A stretch of DNA of 64,000 nt from an uncultured delta proteobacterium. GTDB lineage: Bacteria > Desulfobacterota > Binatia > Binatales > Binataceae. The stretch spans positions 1,024,001 through 1,088,000 of the forward strand of contig CAWEEQ010000004.1 in NCBI GenBank assembly GCA_963808235.1. The letters are read 5' to 3'. The notes beneath the pieces are model-generated. The model did no database searches and was not told where the DNA came from. It saw nothing but the letters and a program-made list of their open reading frames with translations. Positions 28,198-38,249 of this stretch are shown here, in pieces. The number at the start of each line of letters is the position of its first letter. Within the stretch, counting starts at the first letter, position 1. A program made the position numbers and the translations under genes.

Positions 28198-28206
28198 AGC
28201 TGCGTT

Positions 28207-28977
28207 CTACTGCGCCTTCCAGACGGGCTTGCGCTTCTCGAGAAACGCGCGCACGCCTTCTTTGGCATCACTGCTCTCGCGCACTGTGCGAGCCATCTTC
28301 AGCATGTCGTCATGCCACGCGTCGAAGGTCTCGCTCATGCATCGGCGCACGGTCGCCTTCATCGCGCGCAGCGAGAGGGGAGCGTTAGCGGCAATTTTCT
28401 CGGCCAGCGCCGTGGTTGCCTCGACGAGTTTCGAGTCGGGGACGACCTCGTGCACGATATTCATGTGAAGGCCGCGCTCCGCATCGAGCAAATCGGCGGT
28501 GTAAAGAATCCATGCGGTGTTGGCCGAGCCGCAGACCTCGATCAATTTGCGAGTGAAGTCGTACGGCACCATCAGGCCGACGCGTCCAAGCGTCATACCG
28601 AGCCGAGCGTTGTCGGAAGCGATTCGAAGATCGCAGTGCAGTGCCAGTTCGAGCCCGCCAGCGAGCGCCGCGCCCTGCACGGCCGCGATAGTCGGCACCG
28701 GGAAACGTTCGAGGCGCCCGAACACCGATTCCAGCGAAGTCGGGTTGTGGCCGGACTCCGCCTCGTCCACTTCCTTCAGATCGATCCCGGCGCAGAAACT
28801 CGAGCCCTCACCGCGCAGGAGCAGCGCGCGGATCTCTTTGTCGTTTTCGAACTTCAGGAGCGCGTCGTTGAGCGCCTCGATCACCGGTTGGTTCAGCGCG
28901 TTACGCTTTTCCGGGCGGTTCAGAGTCAGCACGGCGTAATTCGGATGACGCGTGACTTTGAGGACTTCGTCAGCCAT
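28207..28977 (-). CDS. Enoyl-CoA hydratase/isomerase
   Basis: LNRPEKRNAL, FCAGIDL, ALAGGLELALHCDLR and EGVRAFLEKRKP. Confidence 0.93.
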   Translation of the reverse strand: MADEVLKVTRHPNYAVLTLNRPEKRNALNQPVIEALNDALLKFENDKEIRALLLRGEGSSFCAGIDLKEVDEAESGHNPTSLESVFGRLERFPVPTIAAVQGAALAGGLELALHCDLRIASDNARLGMTLGRVGLMVPYDFTRKLIEVCGSANTAWILYTADLLDAERGLHMNIVHEVVPDSKLVEATTALAEKIAANAPLSLRAMKATVRRCMSETFDAWHDDMLKMARTVRESSDAKEGVRAFLEKRKPVWKAQ

Positions 28978-29064
28978 GTCGTTTGCTCCTTGCGGCAAGC
29001 GCGGAATTTAGCGATTCGCGCCCGCGACGGGGAGCATCGCACGGCACGCTCACGCCCTTCAAGA

Positions 29065-31501
29065 TCAGGCTACGATGCTTAGCATCTTGTTTGGGATGTA
29101 GATTATTTTATGCGGCGTTTTGCCGTCGAGGTGGCGGATAACGGATTCGCTCTTGAGCGCGAGGTCGCGAACGTCCGCTTCCGGAGCGCCTGCCGCAACT
29201 TCAAGGCGATCGCGGACTTTGCCGTTTACTTGCACTACGACGGTTACGGTTTCATCGCGAGCGAGGTTCGCGTCGAACCTTGGCCACTGCTCGAGGTGAA
29301 TGGAATTCTTGTGTCCCAGAGCTTGCCACATTTCTTCGGTGACGTAGGGGGCCATCGGCGCGAGCAGCAGGACCATCGACTCGGCAGCGAAACGTCCCAT
29401 CTCGGCGGGCGTCAGCTTGGCGAGATAGTTCAGATGATCCATCAGCTTCGCAAGGCCGGTGTTGAAGCGCAGCCGTTCGATATGGTCGGTGACGGCTTCG
29501 ATAGTTTTGTGCGTGCGTTTGAGCGTTTCCTGGTTCTGGATTTCCTTCGGGGCATCCGGCTTCGACGTAGCGGCGTATCATAGACCAGACGCGGGTGATG
29601 AAGCGTAAAGTGCCGGGGATGCCGCCCTCGTTCCAGTTCGTTGCCTCGTCGAAGGGGCTCATGTACAGCTCCCAGAGCCGTAGAGCGTCGGCGCCGTACT
29701 TTTCGATCATCGCGTCGGGTGTGACGACATTGCCCTTGCTCTTGGACATCCGCTGGCCGTCGGATGCCCACACCACGCCCTGATTGCGCAGCGCGGGAAA
29801 TGGCTCGTCGAAACTGATGAGCTCCGCGTCGCTCATCACCTTGGTCCACATCCGCGCGTACAGCAGATGCATCACGGCATGCTCTGCGCCACCGACGTAG
29901 AGATCTACCGGCAGCCAGTAGTCAGCAGCGCGACGATCGAAAGGGCGCGCATTTTCGTGCGTCGAAGCGAAGCGCAGGAAATACCACGACGAGCATGCGA
30001 ACCCGTCGAGCGTGTCGGTCTCGCGCTCGGCCGGGCCGTCACATTTCGGACAAGTGGTGTTGACGAACTCGGGCACGTTAGCGAGCGGAGAACGCCCGGT
30101 GCCCGAGGGCAGATAGTCTTTCATCGGCGGAAGCATCACGGGCAGTTGATCTTCCGGCACCGGTACGATTCCGTCGGTCTTGCAGTAAACGATCGGGATG
30201 GGGCATCCCCAATAGCGCTGGCGGGAGATCAGCCAGTCGCGCATCCGGTAGCTAATCGAAGCGCGGCCGATCTTTTTCTGTTCTGCGTGTTTCGCTACCG
30301 CGGCGATCGCCTCAACCGTCGTCATCCCGTTCAGAAAGCCGGAATTGATTGCGACGCCATGCTCTGTGTACGCACGATCAGCCGAGGGAGTGCTGCCGTC
30401 AGGCGGTGCAGTGACGCGAGGAATCTCGAGACCGTACTTGGTTGCGAATTCGAAATCGCGTTGATCTTCGCCAGGCGCCGCCATGATCGCGCCGGTGCCA
30501 TAGCCCATAAGGACGTAGTCGGCGATCCAGATCGGGATGTCCTTCCCGGTGAAGACGTTGTGCGCGTATGCGCCGGTGAAGACGCCGGATTTTTCCTTCA
30601 CTGTCGACATGCGCTCGATCTCGGTCTGGCGGCGCGCGTCGGCGACGTAGGCCTCGACGCTGGCGCGCGCATCGGGTGTGGCGATTTCCGCGACCAGCGG
30701 ATGCTCGGGTGCCAGCACCATGAACGATACACCGAACACGGTGTCGGGACGGGTGGTGAAGAAGCGGACTTCCTTGCCAGCGTGGCCGACGACCGGGAAG
30801 CCAAGTTCCGCGCCTTCGCTGCGGCCGATCCAGTTACGTTGCATCAACTTGATCGGCTCGGGCCAGTCGATTCCGTCCAGGTCGGCGAGCAGTCGATCCG
30901 CGTATTCAGTGATCTTGATGTACCACTGCTCGAGGTCTTTCTTGCTGACCGGATTGTCGGGATGCCGCCAGCAGCATCCGTTGATGACCTGCTCGTTGGC
31001 GAGAATCGTCTGGCATTTGTCGCACCACCACTGCGCGCCGGTAGCGCGGTAGGCGAGCCCGCGCTTGAAGAGCATCAGGAAGAACCACTGGGTCCAACGG
31101 TAGTACTCCGGCGACGACGAATTGATCTCGCGCGACCAGTCGTAAGCGCATCCGGAAATTGTGAGCTGGCGTTTGAAGTTGGCCGCATAGCGCGGAACGG
31201 TTTCGGTGGGATGCGATTCTTTGAGAATCGCTTCGTTCTCGGCCGGCAGTCCGAACGCATCCCAGCCCATCGGATGCAGTACGTTGAATCCCATCATCCG
31301 TTTGTAGCGGCCGACGACGTCGCACGGCACGTAATTGTGCAGATGGCCGACGCTGAGTCCCGCGCCGGACGGATACGGAAACATCTCGAGGATGTAAAAT
31401 TTGGGGCGGCCGGGATCCTCGCGGGTGAGGTAGAGGTTGGCGCGATCCCATTCCGCCTGCCACGCGGGCTCGATTTTCTTCGGGTCGTAGCGTTCGTCCA
31501 T
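29065..31501 (-). CDS. leuS: Leucine--tRNA ligase, with apparent +1 frameshift at ~29534
   Basis: MFPYPSG, SVGH (HIGH variant), GWDAFGLPAEN, TTRPDT, GTGAIM and RMSKS. Removing one base joins the C-terminal ORF (VQVNGKVRD), giving about 811 aa. Confidence 0.95.
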
Positions 31502-31611
31502 CGTCGTCAGACGAGTCTAGCGTGAGGAAAGCGTCGCTCCAACTGCGATGCCAACATCGTGGCCGTCGGCGGATCGCGTCGCCCTCAAGTACGGATCGCT
31601 ATCCGGCGCAG

Positions 31612-31986
31612 CTATTCGACGATCTCTTTCTTGAGACTCTGGACAAACGCGACCACATCGCGTTGTTCCTCCTCGGGCACCCGGAACTTCGCCAACGTCG
31701 CGGCCGCATGACCGAGGAACGCATTCCAATCGCTCTCGCTAATGCGCATACCTCGATGGGTGAGCACCATGTCTCTGCCACGATAGTAGGTGGGTCCGCC
31801 CGCGCTCGCGGAGAGGAAATCGATCAGTAGCTGCTTCTCGCGCATGACGCCGTCCTCCCCGCGATGTGCCCAGAAGCGGCCAAGCTGCGGATCGGTCCGG
31901 AGCCGTGGAAGCAGATCATTCGCCACTGCCGTGATCGCGTCGTACCCGCCAAGGCGCTCGTAAAGGGTCTTCTCGTCTGTGCTCAT
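31612..31986 (-). CDS. Group I truncated hemoglobin
   Basis: TLYERLGG, GGP..Y.GRDM..TH.GM.I (proximal His). Confidence 0.9.
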   Translation of the reverse strand: MSTDEKTLYERLGGYDAITAVANDLLPRLRTDPQLGRFWAHRGEDGVMREKQLLIDFLSASAGGPTYYRGRDMVLTHRGMRISESDWNAFLGHAAATLAKFRVPEEEQRDVVAFVQSLKKEIVE

Positions 31987-32024
31987 GATGTCCTCCATGA
32001 GTCCGGAGACGGCATCACCTGTCA

Positions 32025-32687
32025 TTATTTTTTGCGCACGATCGTGAGGCCGTCGGCGATTCCGAGCATCACCGCTTCGACCCGGGTGTCCTTCGCGACG
32101 AAGTCGTTGACCGCGCGCAGCGCGAGAGTGTTTTCGTCCTTTTTGGATTCATCGATGATCGCGCCGCTCCACAACACGTTGTCCAACAAGATGAGCCCGT
32201 CCGGACGCATGCGTCTCAGTATTTCCTCGTAATAGACCAGGTAGTTCGATTTGTCGGCGTCGATGAATGCGAAGTCGAAGGTGTGCGACGCGGGCAGCGC
32301 CTTCAGGGTGTCGGCGGCGGGCGCGAGCTTGAGCGTGATCTTGTTCGCGACTCCGGCGCGTTCCCAGTAGCGGCGTGCGACGCTGGTCCATTCTTCGTTC
32401 ACGTCGCAGCAGAGCATCCGGCCGTCCGCGGGGATCGCGCGCGCCACGCAGAGCGCGCTGTAGCCGGTGAAGGTGCCGACCTCGACCGCCGAGCGTGCGC
32501 CGATCGCGGCCGCCAGGATCGCCATGAAGGTTCCCTGCTCGGCGGCAATTTGCATCCCGGCGATTGCTCCGAGTTTCGCCGTTTCGATTGCGAGTTCCGC
32601 GCGGATCGGATCGCCATTATGGCCGTGCGCGACGGCGTATTCGTAGAGTTTCGGCGTTAACGCGACAAATTTCAGGTGTTCTGCCAT
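32025..32687 (-). CDS. SAM-dependent O-methyltransferase (CCoAOMT-like)
   Basis: MQIAAEQG, EVGTFTGYS, FIDADK, DNVLWSG and DGLT. Confidence 0.92.
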   Translation of the reverse strand: MAEHLKFVALTPKLYEYAVAHGHNGDPIRAELAIETAKLGAIAGMQIAAEQGTFMAILAAAIGARSAVEVGTFTGYSALCVARAIPADGRMLCCDVNEEWTSVARRYWERAGVANKITLKLAPAADTLKALPASHTFDFAFIDADKSNYLVYYEEILRRMRPDGLILLDNVLWSGAIIDESKKDENTLALRAVNDFVAKDTRVEAVMLGIADGLTIVRKK

Positions 32688-32726
32688 GCGGCTAACATGG
32701 CAGGAAGGAAGGTTTCAGAAAAGTGC

Positions 32727-34001
32727 TTAGCGGCCGCCCAGGTACGCGAAGTCGCCGTGCTGGTTCACGGTCAGCGTGCCGGTGAAGATCGAGTGATGCT
32801 TCGACGGAGCCAGCGCGATTCGATAGATCAGTTCGGGCTCGCCCACTTCGAAGAACGCGTCGTCGCCGGACAGGACGAAGAGTTTTTCGTGATCGTCGGA
32901 ATCGGTCGCGCCGACGAACATCGCGCCTGACCCGGTGAGGACTGGGTCCCCTAGCGACTCGAGTTCAGTGCCGAAAGGTGTGAGCTGGCCGCGCTGAATC
33001 CGCAGATCGAGGCGCTGGCTCCTCAGCCGGAAGATCGCCGGCGTGTGAGCGCATCCCGCGAGCACCGCGGTTGTTCCATCAGCCATCAGGCCCGGTCGTC
33101 CCGGTGACAGATATGTTACCGGACCGAGCGAAGTCAGAGTGCCGGTCGGCAGTACTCGAGCCATCGAACCGCCGCTATAAACGAACAGCGCGGCGCCGCT
33201 TGGCGATTTTGCCGTGAACGCGACCAACGTACCGAGTGGTGAAGGCAGTGCGGCCGGCAATCCGAACGGCCGCTGGTAGAGCGTATGATTCGGTCCGTAT
33301 TCTCCCTCGACCGCAAGCTCGCTAACGCCGTGGGCCGGAGTGGCCATCAGAAGGGCCTGCCGATGCCCGGCAGTTGATCCCTTCGACTCACCGAGAAACG
33401 CGTTGAACACGACCTGGCCACCGTCGCCCATTTGCGGGCTGCCGAAGCTGAGGACGGCCATCTCGTGTCCTTCGTTGGTCTCGGTGCCGGCCTTCGCCAG
33501 GCAATTGAGGACGCCGTGTGAGTAGAAGAACAATGCGTCGCGGCCATGCGGAACCGTCGACATGAAGGCAATATTTCCGTCCATGTCGGCGACTGGGTAC
33601 GGATCGCCTTTGAACGCCGGTATGCAATCGCCGACGAAGGATTTGGGATTGAGCGCGGTGATTACGCGATGGCTCGGAACGGCGTCGGCATTGCCGATGA
33701 AGATGTTCCAGCGCGGTTTCAGGTTCGGTTCTTTCGGCTGAGTCTCGGCGCCGAAGATCACGCGCCCGTCAGGCATCATCGCGGGCACGCCGACCTCGGT
33801 TACCATGGCGCCGTCGCGCATACGCATCCCGATTTCTGTGATCAGCGTCGGAACGCCATTGCTATCGCTGGCGTAGACCGCTTGCGTGGCGTCCATCTGC
33901 AGGTTGGCGCTGGTTCCATTGAGACTCAGCGAGACTGCGTGCGCACTCAGCGGCGCGGCGAACACAATGGCGAATGCAGAAGCAAATGCCTTGAACTTCA
34001 T
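32727..34001 (-). CDS. Hypothetical secreted repeat (beta-propeller-like) protein
   Basis: Signal peptide ending AHA; recurring P....G.V.F and ALF blades; ends VNQHGDFAY. Confidence 0.7.
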   Translation of the reverse strand: MKFKAFASAFAIVFAAPLSAHAVSLSLNGTSANLQMDATQAVYASDSNGVPTLITEIGMRMRDGAMVTEVGVPAMMPDGRVIFGAETQPKEPNLKPRWNIFIGNADAVPSHRVITALNPKSFVGDCIPAFKGDPYPVADMDGNIAFMSTVPHGRDALFFYSHGVLNCLAKAGTETNEGHEMAVLSFGSPQMGDGGQVVFNAFLGESKGSTAGHRQALLMATPAHGVSELAVEGEYGPNHTLYQRPFGLPAALPSPLGTLVAFTAKSPSGAALFVYSGGSMARVLPTGTLTSLGPVTYLSPGRPGLMADGTTAVLAGCAHTPAIFRLRSQRLDLRIQRGQLTPFGTELESLGDPVLTGSGAMFVGATDSDDHEKLFVLSGDDAFFEVGEPELIYRIALAPSKHHSIFTGTLTVNQHGDFAYLGGR

Positions 34002-34120
34002 CATTTTCCCCCCGCCCTTATCAGCAACTCGAATGCAAAGCCTCCGAAATTCTTATAGTCGCACGGGCCCGGGTGATGCAATGCAATAAAAACGCCAGGT
34101 TCATGGCTTGAGCCGGGAAC

Positions 34121-34576
34121 CTATATGCGAATTGAATCGAGCATCGCGCGCATCCGGACCGGATGCGTCTCGAGCCAGTAGATTCGGCCGCAGCCGTCGC
34201 ACTCGGCGAAGCGATCGTGACTCGCGAAGACATAAGGAGGTACCCGCCGGGCGATTAACTCGCGCGCGACCGGTAACAGAGGACGATTGCATCGCGAGCA
34301 TCGCGTCAGCGCGACCGTGCGCGCGTCGAGGCCGAGCCGCGCGACGACTTCGCGCAGTTGATCGCGAATCGCGTTGCTCCCGAGGAAAATCACGTCGCAT
34401 GCGGTGCGCAGCCGCTTGTCGCGCGTGATCAGGATTCTGTGCTCGGTGCGTGCAACTCTCAGCAGTTCGGCGCCGCTCATTGAGGAATCGGTGACCACGT
34501 CGGCGCCGAGCAATCGGAGCCATCGCGCGAGCCGCGCGAGCATTCGGTCGGTGGCGAGTTTGGGAGTTTCATCCAT
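34121..34576 (-). CDS. Mut7-C RNase (PIN-like, DUF82) domain protein
   Basis: DRMLARLARWLRLLG, RILITRD, RCSRCN and CDGCGRIYW. Confidence 0.9.
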   Translation of the reverse strand: MDETPKLATDRMLARLARWLRLLGADVVTDSSMSGAELLRVARTEHRILITRDKRLRTACDVIFLGSNAIRDQLREVVARLGLDARTVALTRCSRCNRPLLPVARELIARRVPPYVFASHDRFAECDGCGRIYWLETHPVRMRAMLDSIRI

Positions 34577-34664
34577 CGCGATGGACTGTAGTATATCAGC
34601 GAATTAACAAAAACCGTGTTTCGGATAATATAAAGTGACAGTTTAAGTTTTGAGGGAAAGCGCG

Positions 34665-35291
34665 ATGGATGAAAAGCAGGTCAAGTTTCGATCCGGCGAT
34701 CTGACTTTGGAAGGCCTGCTCGCGACTCGCGAGGGCGACGCGCCCGGGGCGGTCGTGTGTCATCCGCATCCGATGTACGGCGGTTCGATGTTCAACAACG
34801 TCGTCGACGCGATCCTGGCAGCGATGTGGCAATCGGGGTACGCGACCTTGCGCTTCAATTTTCGCGGCGTCGGCGCGAGTGAAGGGGAGCACGACGGAGA
34901 CGGCGGCGAAGTCGACGATGCGCGCGCCGCGATGGCCTTCATCCTCATGCAGCCGGGCGTGCGCAAGGACGCCGCGGTGATGGCGGGGTACTCATTCGGC
35001 GCGATGGTCGCGGTGCGCGCCGGCTACAACGACGCGCAAACGTCGCGGATCGTCGCAGTAGCGCTGCCGCTCGGGATGACGCAGACGCAGGTGCCCGCGG
35101 ACGCATCGAAGCCGATCCTGCTGGTTTCGGGAGATCGCGATACTTACTCGCCGGTTGCGCCGCTGACGACACTACAAACCAGGATCGGAAAGTCTGCGCG
35201 GCTGGAGATCATCAAGGGTGCCGATCATTTTTTTGGCGCGTTTGAAGCCGAACTATCTCGAACGATCGCCTCCGCGCTGCGACCTCAATGA
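34665..35291 (+). CDS. Alpha/beta hydrolase
   Basis: CHPHPMYGGSM, RFNFRGVG, GYSFG, GDRD and GADHFF. Confidence 0.92.
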   Translation: MDEKQVKFRSGDLTLEGLLATREGDAPGAVVCHPHPMYGGSMFNNVVDAILAAMWQSGYATLRFNFRGVGASEGEHDGDGGEVDDARAAMAFILMQPGVRKDAAVMAGYSFGAMVAVRAGYNDAQTSRIVAVALPLGMTQTQVPADASKPILLVSGDRDTYSPVAPLTTLQTRIGKSARLEIIKGADHFFGAFEAELSRTIASALRPQ

Positions 35292-36394
35292 CTCGCAGGT
35301 GCGGGCGCGTTCTGGACTACCTGCCAGATCGCATAGAACGGAAAGTCGGGATGCGCCTTGGCGATTGAGATTATCTGCTCGATCGTCGCGCGCAGATCGC
35401 CATGATTCATCCGGTCGAGTGCGGCGAGATTATCGGTATCGTGGAAATAGATAAGGTAGTTCACCAGCACAGCGTTATTCAGCGGCTCCTTGTCGAGATC
35501 GAACCGCTCCAGACCCGACAGTGAGGGTTCGAGTGCCGCGTAGTCTTTCTGGATTGCTGCAAAGGCGGCCTCGCGGCGCTTGCGCTTCTCAGCTTTCGAA
35601 AGATCGCTCACGTAGATATCGAGCAGGCGCGCCTGCTCCTGCAAAAGGAAGCGTGCGAACTTGAGATCGCTATCGAGAACCTCGCGCGCGGCAATCGTAT
35701 CGGGCGCGGAATTGCCCTCCGTCGCCGCGAAGAATGCTACCGCGCCCGCGCTGCCGACATAGGTCGCCGCCGATTCGTTGAACATCGCGTCGCTCGGCAG
35801 ATAGTAGGTGCGATGAAACAGCTCGTGGATGAGCACGCCGGCGAGCTCGACGCGGCTCAGCTTGAGCAAATTAGTAAGCACCGGATCGCTGAAGAAGCCG
35901 AGACTCGAGAACGCGACCGCAGGCCGGATCATCGTGTCGAGTCCGTTAGCCTCCAGCGCCTGAGCTTCCGCGCTCGCTTCAGTCGCGTCGAAGTAGCCGC
36001 GATAAGGCACCCGGCCGACGATCGGGAACCACCATGTGTACGGCTCGAGTGAATCGCGCGGCGCCGCCATCACGACGTGGATCACAGCGCGTTGATCGAC
36101 CGGTGCGAAGCTCCGATAAGCTCCACCGACATTGAGGTCGAGTTGTTCGGCTGCAAACTTGCGCACCGCAAGCACGGTCTCGAGCTTGGCGCGAACGTCT
36201 TCGGACAGATCCTTTCGCGCGAGCGCGTCGTCAATCGGCTTACGCTGCCATAGAATGCGGCCTTCCTCGTACGCAGCACGCGCGAGGTACCCGACGTAGC
36301 ATCCGCTGAGCGCAATCGGCGCGAGCAAAATCCCGAGCGCTATTGCGAACAGTCGAGCCTGCGCCGAAGCGCGTCGGCGCATCATGCGCTCCAC
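35285..36394 (-). CDS. Putative zinc aminopeptidase (lipoprotein)
   Basis: LSGC lipobox, WWFPIVGRVPYRGYF, IHELFH, FNESAA and LNNA. Confidence 0.85.
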   Translation of the reverse strand: MERMMRRRASAQARLFAIALGILLAPIALSGCYVGYLARAAYEEGRILWQRKPIDDALARKDLSEDVRAKLETVLAVRKFAAEQLDLNVGGAYRSFAPVDQRAVIHVVMAAPRDSLEPYTWWFPIVGRVPYRGYFDATEASAEAQALEANGLDTMIRPAVAFSSLGFFSDPVLTNLLKLSRVELAGVLIHELFHRTYYLPSDAMFNESAATYVGSAGAVAFFAATEGNSAPDTIAAREVLDSDLKFARFLLQEQARLLDIYVSDLSKAEKRKRREAAFAAIQKDYAALEPSLSGLERFDLDKEPLNNAVLVNYLIYFHDTDNLAALDRMNHGDLRATIEQIISIAKAHPDFPFYAIWQVVQNAPAPASH

Positions 36395-36405
36395 GACTTC
36401 CCGAG

Positions 36406-38247
36406 TCAGCCCGCCACGAGGCGGTCGTTGTTAGCCATCGCGGCGTACTGCAATTCAAACAGCCGGTAGTAGAGTCCGCGCTGCGCGAGGAGTTCGTCGT
36501 GAGTGCCGCTTTCGCGAAGTATGCCGCCGCCCAGCACCATGATGCGATCGGCGCGCTCGATGGTGGAGAGGCGATGCGCGATGACTACCGCCGTCCGGTC
36601 GGCCAGCAATTCGTTCAAGGCAAGCTGAATCAGGCGCTCGGTCTCGCTGTCCACGCTCGAGGTTGCCTCGTCCATCACGAGAATTCGCGGGTCGTAAGCG
36701 AGCGCCCGGGCAAACGAGAGGAGCTGCCGCTGACCCGCGGAAAGATTAGCGCCGCGCTCGCTGATCTCCTCGGCCAGTCCGTGCGGGAGCCTCTTCACGA
36801 ATCTGAGCGCTTGCGCACGGGTCAACGCGCTGGTCACTTCGCGCTCACCGAGCTCGGTCCGTGACAGCCGGATATTTTCCATCACGTCGCCTGCGAACAG
36901 AAATACGTCCTGCTGCACGTAGCCGATCTCGCGCCTCAATGCGGCCAGATCCCATTCGCGCACGTCGATTCCGTCGACCAGGATTCGCCCGCTGGTAACG
37001 TCGTACGAGCGATTCAGCAGCTTGATGATCGTGGTTTTTCCCGAGCCGGTGGCGCCGACGATTGCGATCTTCATCCCGGGGTCAACGGTGAAGCTCAAAT
37101 CGCGCAGCACCGGCTCGCCGCGTCTATATTCGAAAGTCACGTGGTCGAAAACAATCGCGCCCCGCGACTTGGCCGGTATCCTGGCAATAGCGGGAAGAGA
37201 GAGCGGCTTCTCAGACTGCATCAGCGCGTTGATTCTCTCGATCGAAGCCAGCCCGGATTGGAGTGCGGCGTACTTGGTCGAGATTTCGCGCAGCGGCATG
37301 AAGAATTGCTGTGCGTACTGAATGAAGGCAATCAGGGTGCCCAGCGTGACCGCCCGGCGTATCACGCTGCCGCCGCCAACCCAGAGAATAACCGCGATCG
37401 TGATCGAGCTGACCGCCTCGACCGAAGAGAACTGGGCGGCCTCATAGACGTTACCCATCATCTGCGCGTCGCGGGCACGGATGTTGAGCGCATCGAACTC
37501 CCGGCGGCTTTCGCGTTCGCGGGTAAAAAGCTGCACGACGATCATGCCCGCCAGCGATTCCGACAGATACGCGTTGAGGGCCGCCAGACGGTCGCGAATC
37601 TGCCCGTAGATGATCCGCGACTGGGCGGCCAGATAGTAAATAATCAGGGTGAGCGGCGGAATCGCGCACAGCGCCCACAGCGCGAGCCGGGGACTTTGCG
37701 TGAACATGATGGTCACGATTCCCGCCAGTTGCAGTCCGTCCATGAACAAGGTCAGCGAACCGGCCGCGAACATGTCGTTGATCGCATCGATGTCGGTGGT
37801 CATGCGGCTCACCAGCCGGCCGACCGGCGTGCGGTCGAAAAACGACATCGGTAGGCGCTCGACCTTGCCGAATAGTGCGAGGCGCAAGTCGGAGAGGCTG
37901 TATTGCGCGACCATCATCATCAGGTAGAACTGGCCATAGAAAAATCCGAACTCCCCAATCACCAACAGCAGATACAAAAGGCCCATCACGAACAGGCCGT
38001 GTCCGCCTGACGCTTTGAAGAGTACCGCGAGCCACGCCGGCGGCGTCGCGCCGTGCTTGCCGGAAAGGAATTCGTCGACTGTCAGCTTGATGATGTAAGG
38101 CTGTGCGAGCAGGAAACATATATCCAGCGGCATCATCACCACCGAGGCCCAGAACAGCCGCCGGTACGGACGCACGAATTGCCACACCCATCGCAGCAAT
38201 GCGGTGTCGTAGATTTTGACCAGCGCTTGTTCTTCGGCGACCTGCAT
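36406..38247 (-). CDS. ABC exporter ATP-binding/permease (MdlB-like)
   Basis: GATGSGKT, LSAGQRQ, MDEATS and IAHRLST. Confidence 0.93.
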   Translation of the reverse strand: MQVAEEQALVKIYDTALLRWVWQFVRPYRRLFWASVVMMPLDICFLLAQPYIIKLTVDEFLSGKHGATPPAWLAVLFKASGGHGLFVMGLLYLLLVIGEFGFFYGQFYLMMMVAQYSLSDLRLALFGKVERLPMSFFDRTPVGRLVSRMTTDIDAINDMFAAGSLTLFMDGLQLAGIVTIMFTQSPRLALWALCAIPPLTLIIYYLAAQSRIIYGQIRDRLAALNAYLSESLAGMIVVQLFTRERESRREFDALNIRARDAQMMGNVYEAAQFSSVEAVSSITIAVILWVGGGSVIRRAVTLGTLIAFIQYAQQFFMPLREISTKYAALQSGLASIERINALMQSEKPLSLPAIARIPAKSRGAIVFDHVTFEYRRGEPVLRDLSFTVDPGMKIAIVGATGSGKTTIIKLLNRSYDVTSGRILVDGIDVREWDLAALRREIGYVQQDVFLFAGDVMENIRLSRTELGEREVTSALTRAQALRFVKRLPHGLAEEISERGANLSAGQRQLLSFARALAYDPRILVMDEATSSVDSETERLIQLALNELLADRTAVVIAHRLSTIERADRIMVLGGGILRESGTHDELLAQRGLYYRLFELQYAAMANNDRLVAG

Positions 38248-38249
38248 CG

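Noticed and set aside
29520-29545. Programmed frameshift or split leuS
   Set aside because: There is no slippery motif, and the same single-base insertion pattern occurs in two unrelated genes, so assembly error is more likely.
29867-31525. Long antisense ORFs (e.g. 29867..31525, 24365..25729, 55466..57172, 6536..7576)
   Set aside because: These are shadow frames of well-supported genes in high-GC DNA and carry no motifs.
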